In this document: piece by piece, positions 63,238-64,000 of the stretch
Numbering within the stretch: the stretch's first letter is position 1
Layout of the letters: the number at the start of each line of letters is the position of its first letter
NCBI GenBank assembly: GCA_963771355.1
Contig: CAVYTA010000007.1
Span: 160,001 to 224,000 of the forward strand
Length of the DNA stretch: 64,000 bases
Origin: an uncultured Candidatus Rokubacteria bacterium
GTDB lineage: Bacteria > Methylomirabilota > Methylomirabilia > Rokubacteriales > CSP1-6
Reading direction: 5' to 3'
Notes under the pieces: model-generated
What the model was told of the DNA's origin: nothing
The model's input: the letters and a program-made list of their open reading frames with translations, nothing else
The model's database searches: none
Program-made: the position numbers and the translations under genes

Positions 63238-63846
63238 CTAGTTCAGACCGAGCTTCTCGGTCATCCGGACCAGGTCCGCCACCGAGTCCGCCTGCATCTT
63301 CCGCATGACCCGGCCGCGGTGAATCTTGATTGTCTTCTCCGCGTTTCCGAGGGTGTCGGCGATCTGCTTGTTCAGCCTTCCCGCCACGACCAGCTTGAGT
63401 ACCTCCCGCTCGCGTGGCGTCAGCGTCTCGAGTCGGCGCTGGAACTCCAGGCGCTCCGCTCGGTTGGCTCGCTGCTCTCGGTTGCGGGCGAGCGCGCGCT
63501 GAACACAATCCAGGAGCTGCTGGTCGTTGAAGGGTTTCTCGAGGAAATCCACCGCGCCTCCCTTCATTGCGCGGACGCTGGTCGGTACGCTCCCGTAGCC
63601 GGTGAGGAAAACTATCGGGATGTCTCGCTGGGCCTGGCCCAGCGCCGATTGGAGATCGAGGCCGCTCAGGCCGGGCAGCCGAACATCCAGCACGAGGCAT
63701 GCGGGCCGGTCCAGGGGAGTGTCGTCGATGAATGCAGTGGCCGACGGGAACGTCCTCGCCTCCAGGCCGACGGAGCGGAAGAGCCGGGCGAGAGCTCGGC
63801 AGACCAATTCGTCGTCATCGACCACGTATACGACGGCTTCCTCCAA
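63238..63846 (-). CDS. FixJ-family response regulator (REC + LuxR HTH), copy 2
   Basis: Close paralog of 55729-56349; TTG start (LEEAVVYVV aligns with MDEAVVYVV) after GAGGA. Confidence 0.93.
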   Translation of the reverse strand: MEEAVVYVVDDDELVCRALARLFRSVGLEARTFPSATAFIDDTPLDRPACLVLDVRLPGLSGLDLQSALGQAQRDIPIVFLTGYGSVPTSVRAMKGGAVDFLEKPFNDQQLLDCVQRALARNREQRANRAERLEFQRRLETLTPREREVLKLVVAGRLNKQIADTLGNAEKTIKIHRGRVMRKMQADSVADLVRMTEKLGLN

Positions 63847-64000
63847 TTTCGTTTGTCCTCGCCGGGCACCTTCGGGCCGTGGAGGGGCCAAGAGGATCTC
63901 CTCTAACTGCCAGCAAGATAGTGCATTAGTGAGCGAGCGTCCATTCTAATGAGGGTGCATTCCAAGGGAAAGCGGAACCCGCGCTCCATCCTCCGGCTTG

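Overview
High-GC bacterial DNA, about 57 genes, with no rRNA, tRNA, CRISPR array, integrase or transposase. The gene repertoire resembles Ca. Rokubacteria/Methylomirabilota (inference). The left ~19 kb is mixed housekeeping: GAF hybrid kinase, GGT-SDR-LLM operon, an unannotated 52-aa basic SWIB-like protein, HU, DD-carboxypeptidase, cydAB and a frameshifted cyclase-AAA-TPR. From ~19 kb to the end lies an island of envelope/lipoprotein genes, an RND pump, Ca2+/H+ and K+ transporters, two GH63-like glucosidases, a GH13, glucose dehydrogenase and a pentose-phosphate set, plus two near-identical FixJ-type regulators and a lone receiver protein. The main discovery is an 18-bp palindrome (consensus ATAGGACCWWGGTCCTAT, DosR-box-like) at 13 intergenic positions. 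At 10 of them a xAxxxT -10 hexamer follows 22-23 nt downstream. This suggests an autoregulated FixJ/NarL-type regulon covering most of the island. Other signals: a CTG-started zwf, a gnd stump coupled to cax, a 34-bp direct repeat bracketing the second glucosidase, an internally deleted gene, a Cys-free glutaredoxin, and scattered +1 insertions that look like assembly errors.
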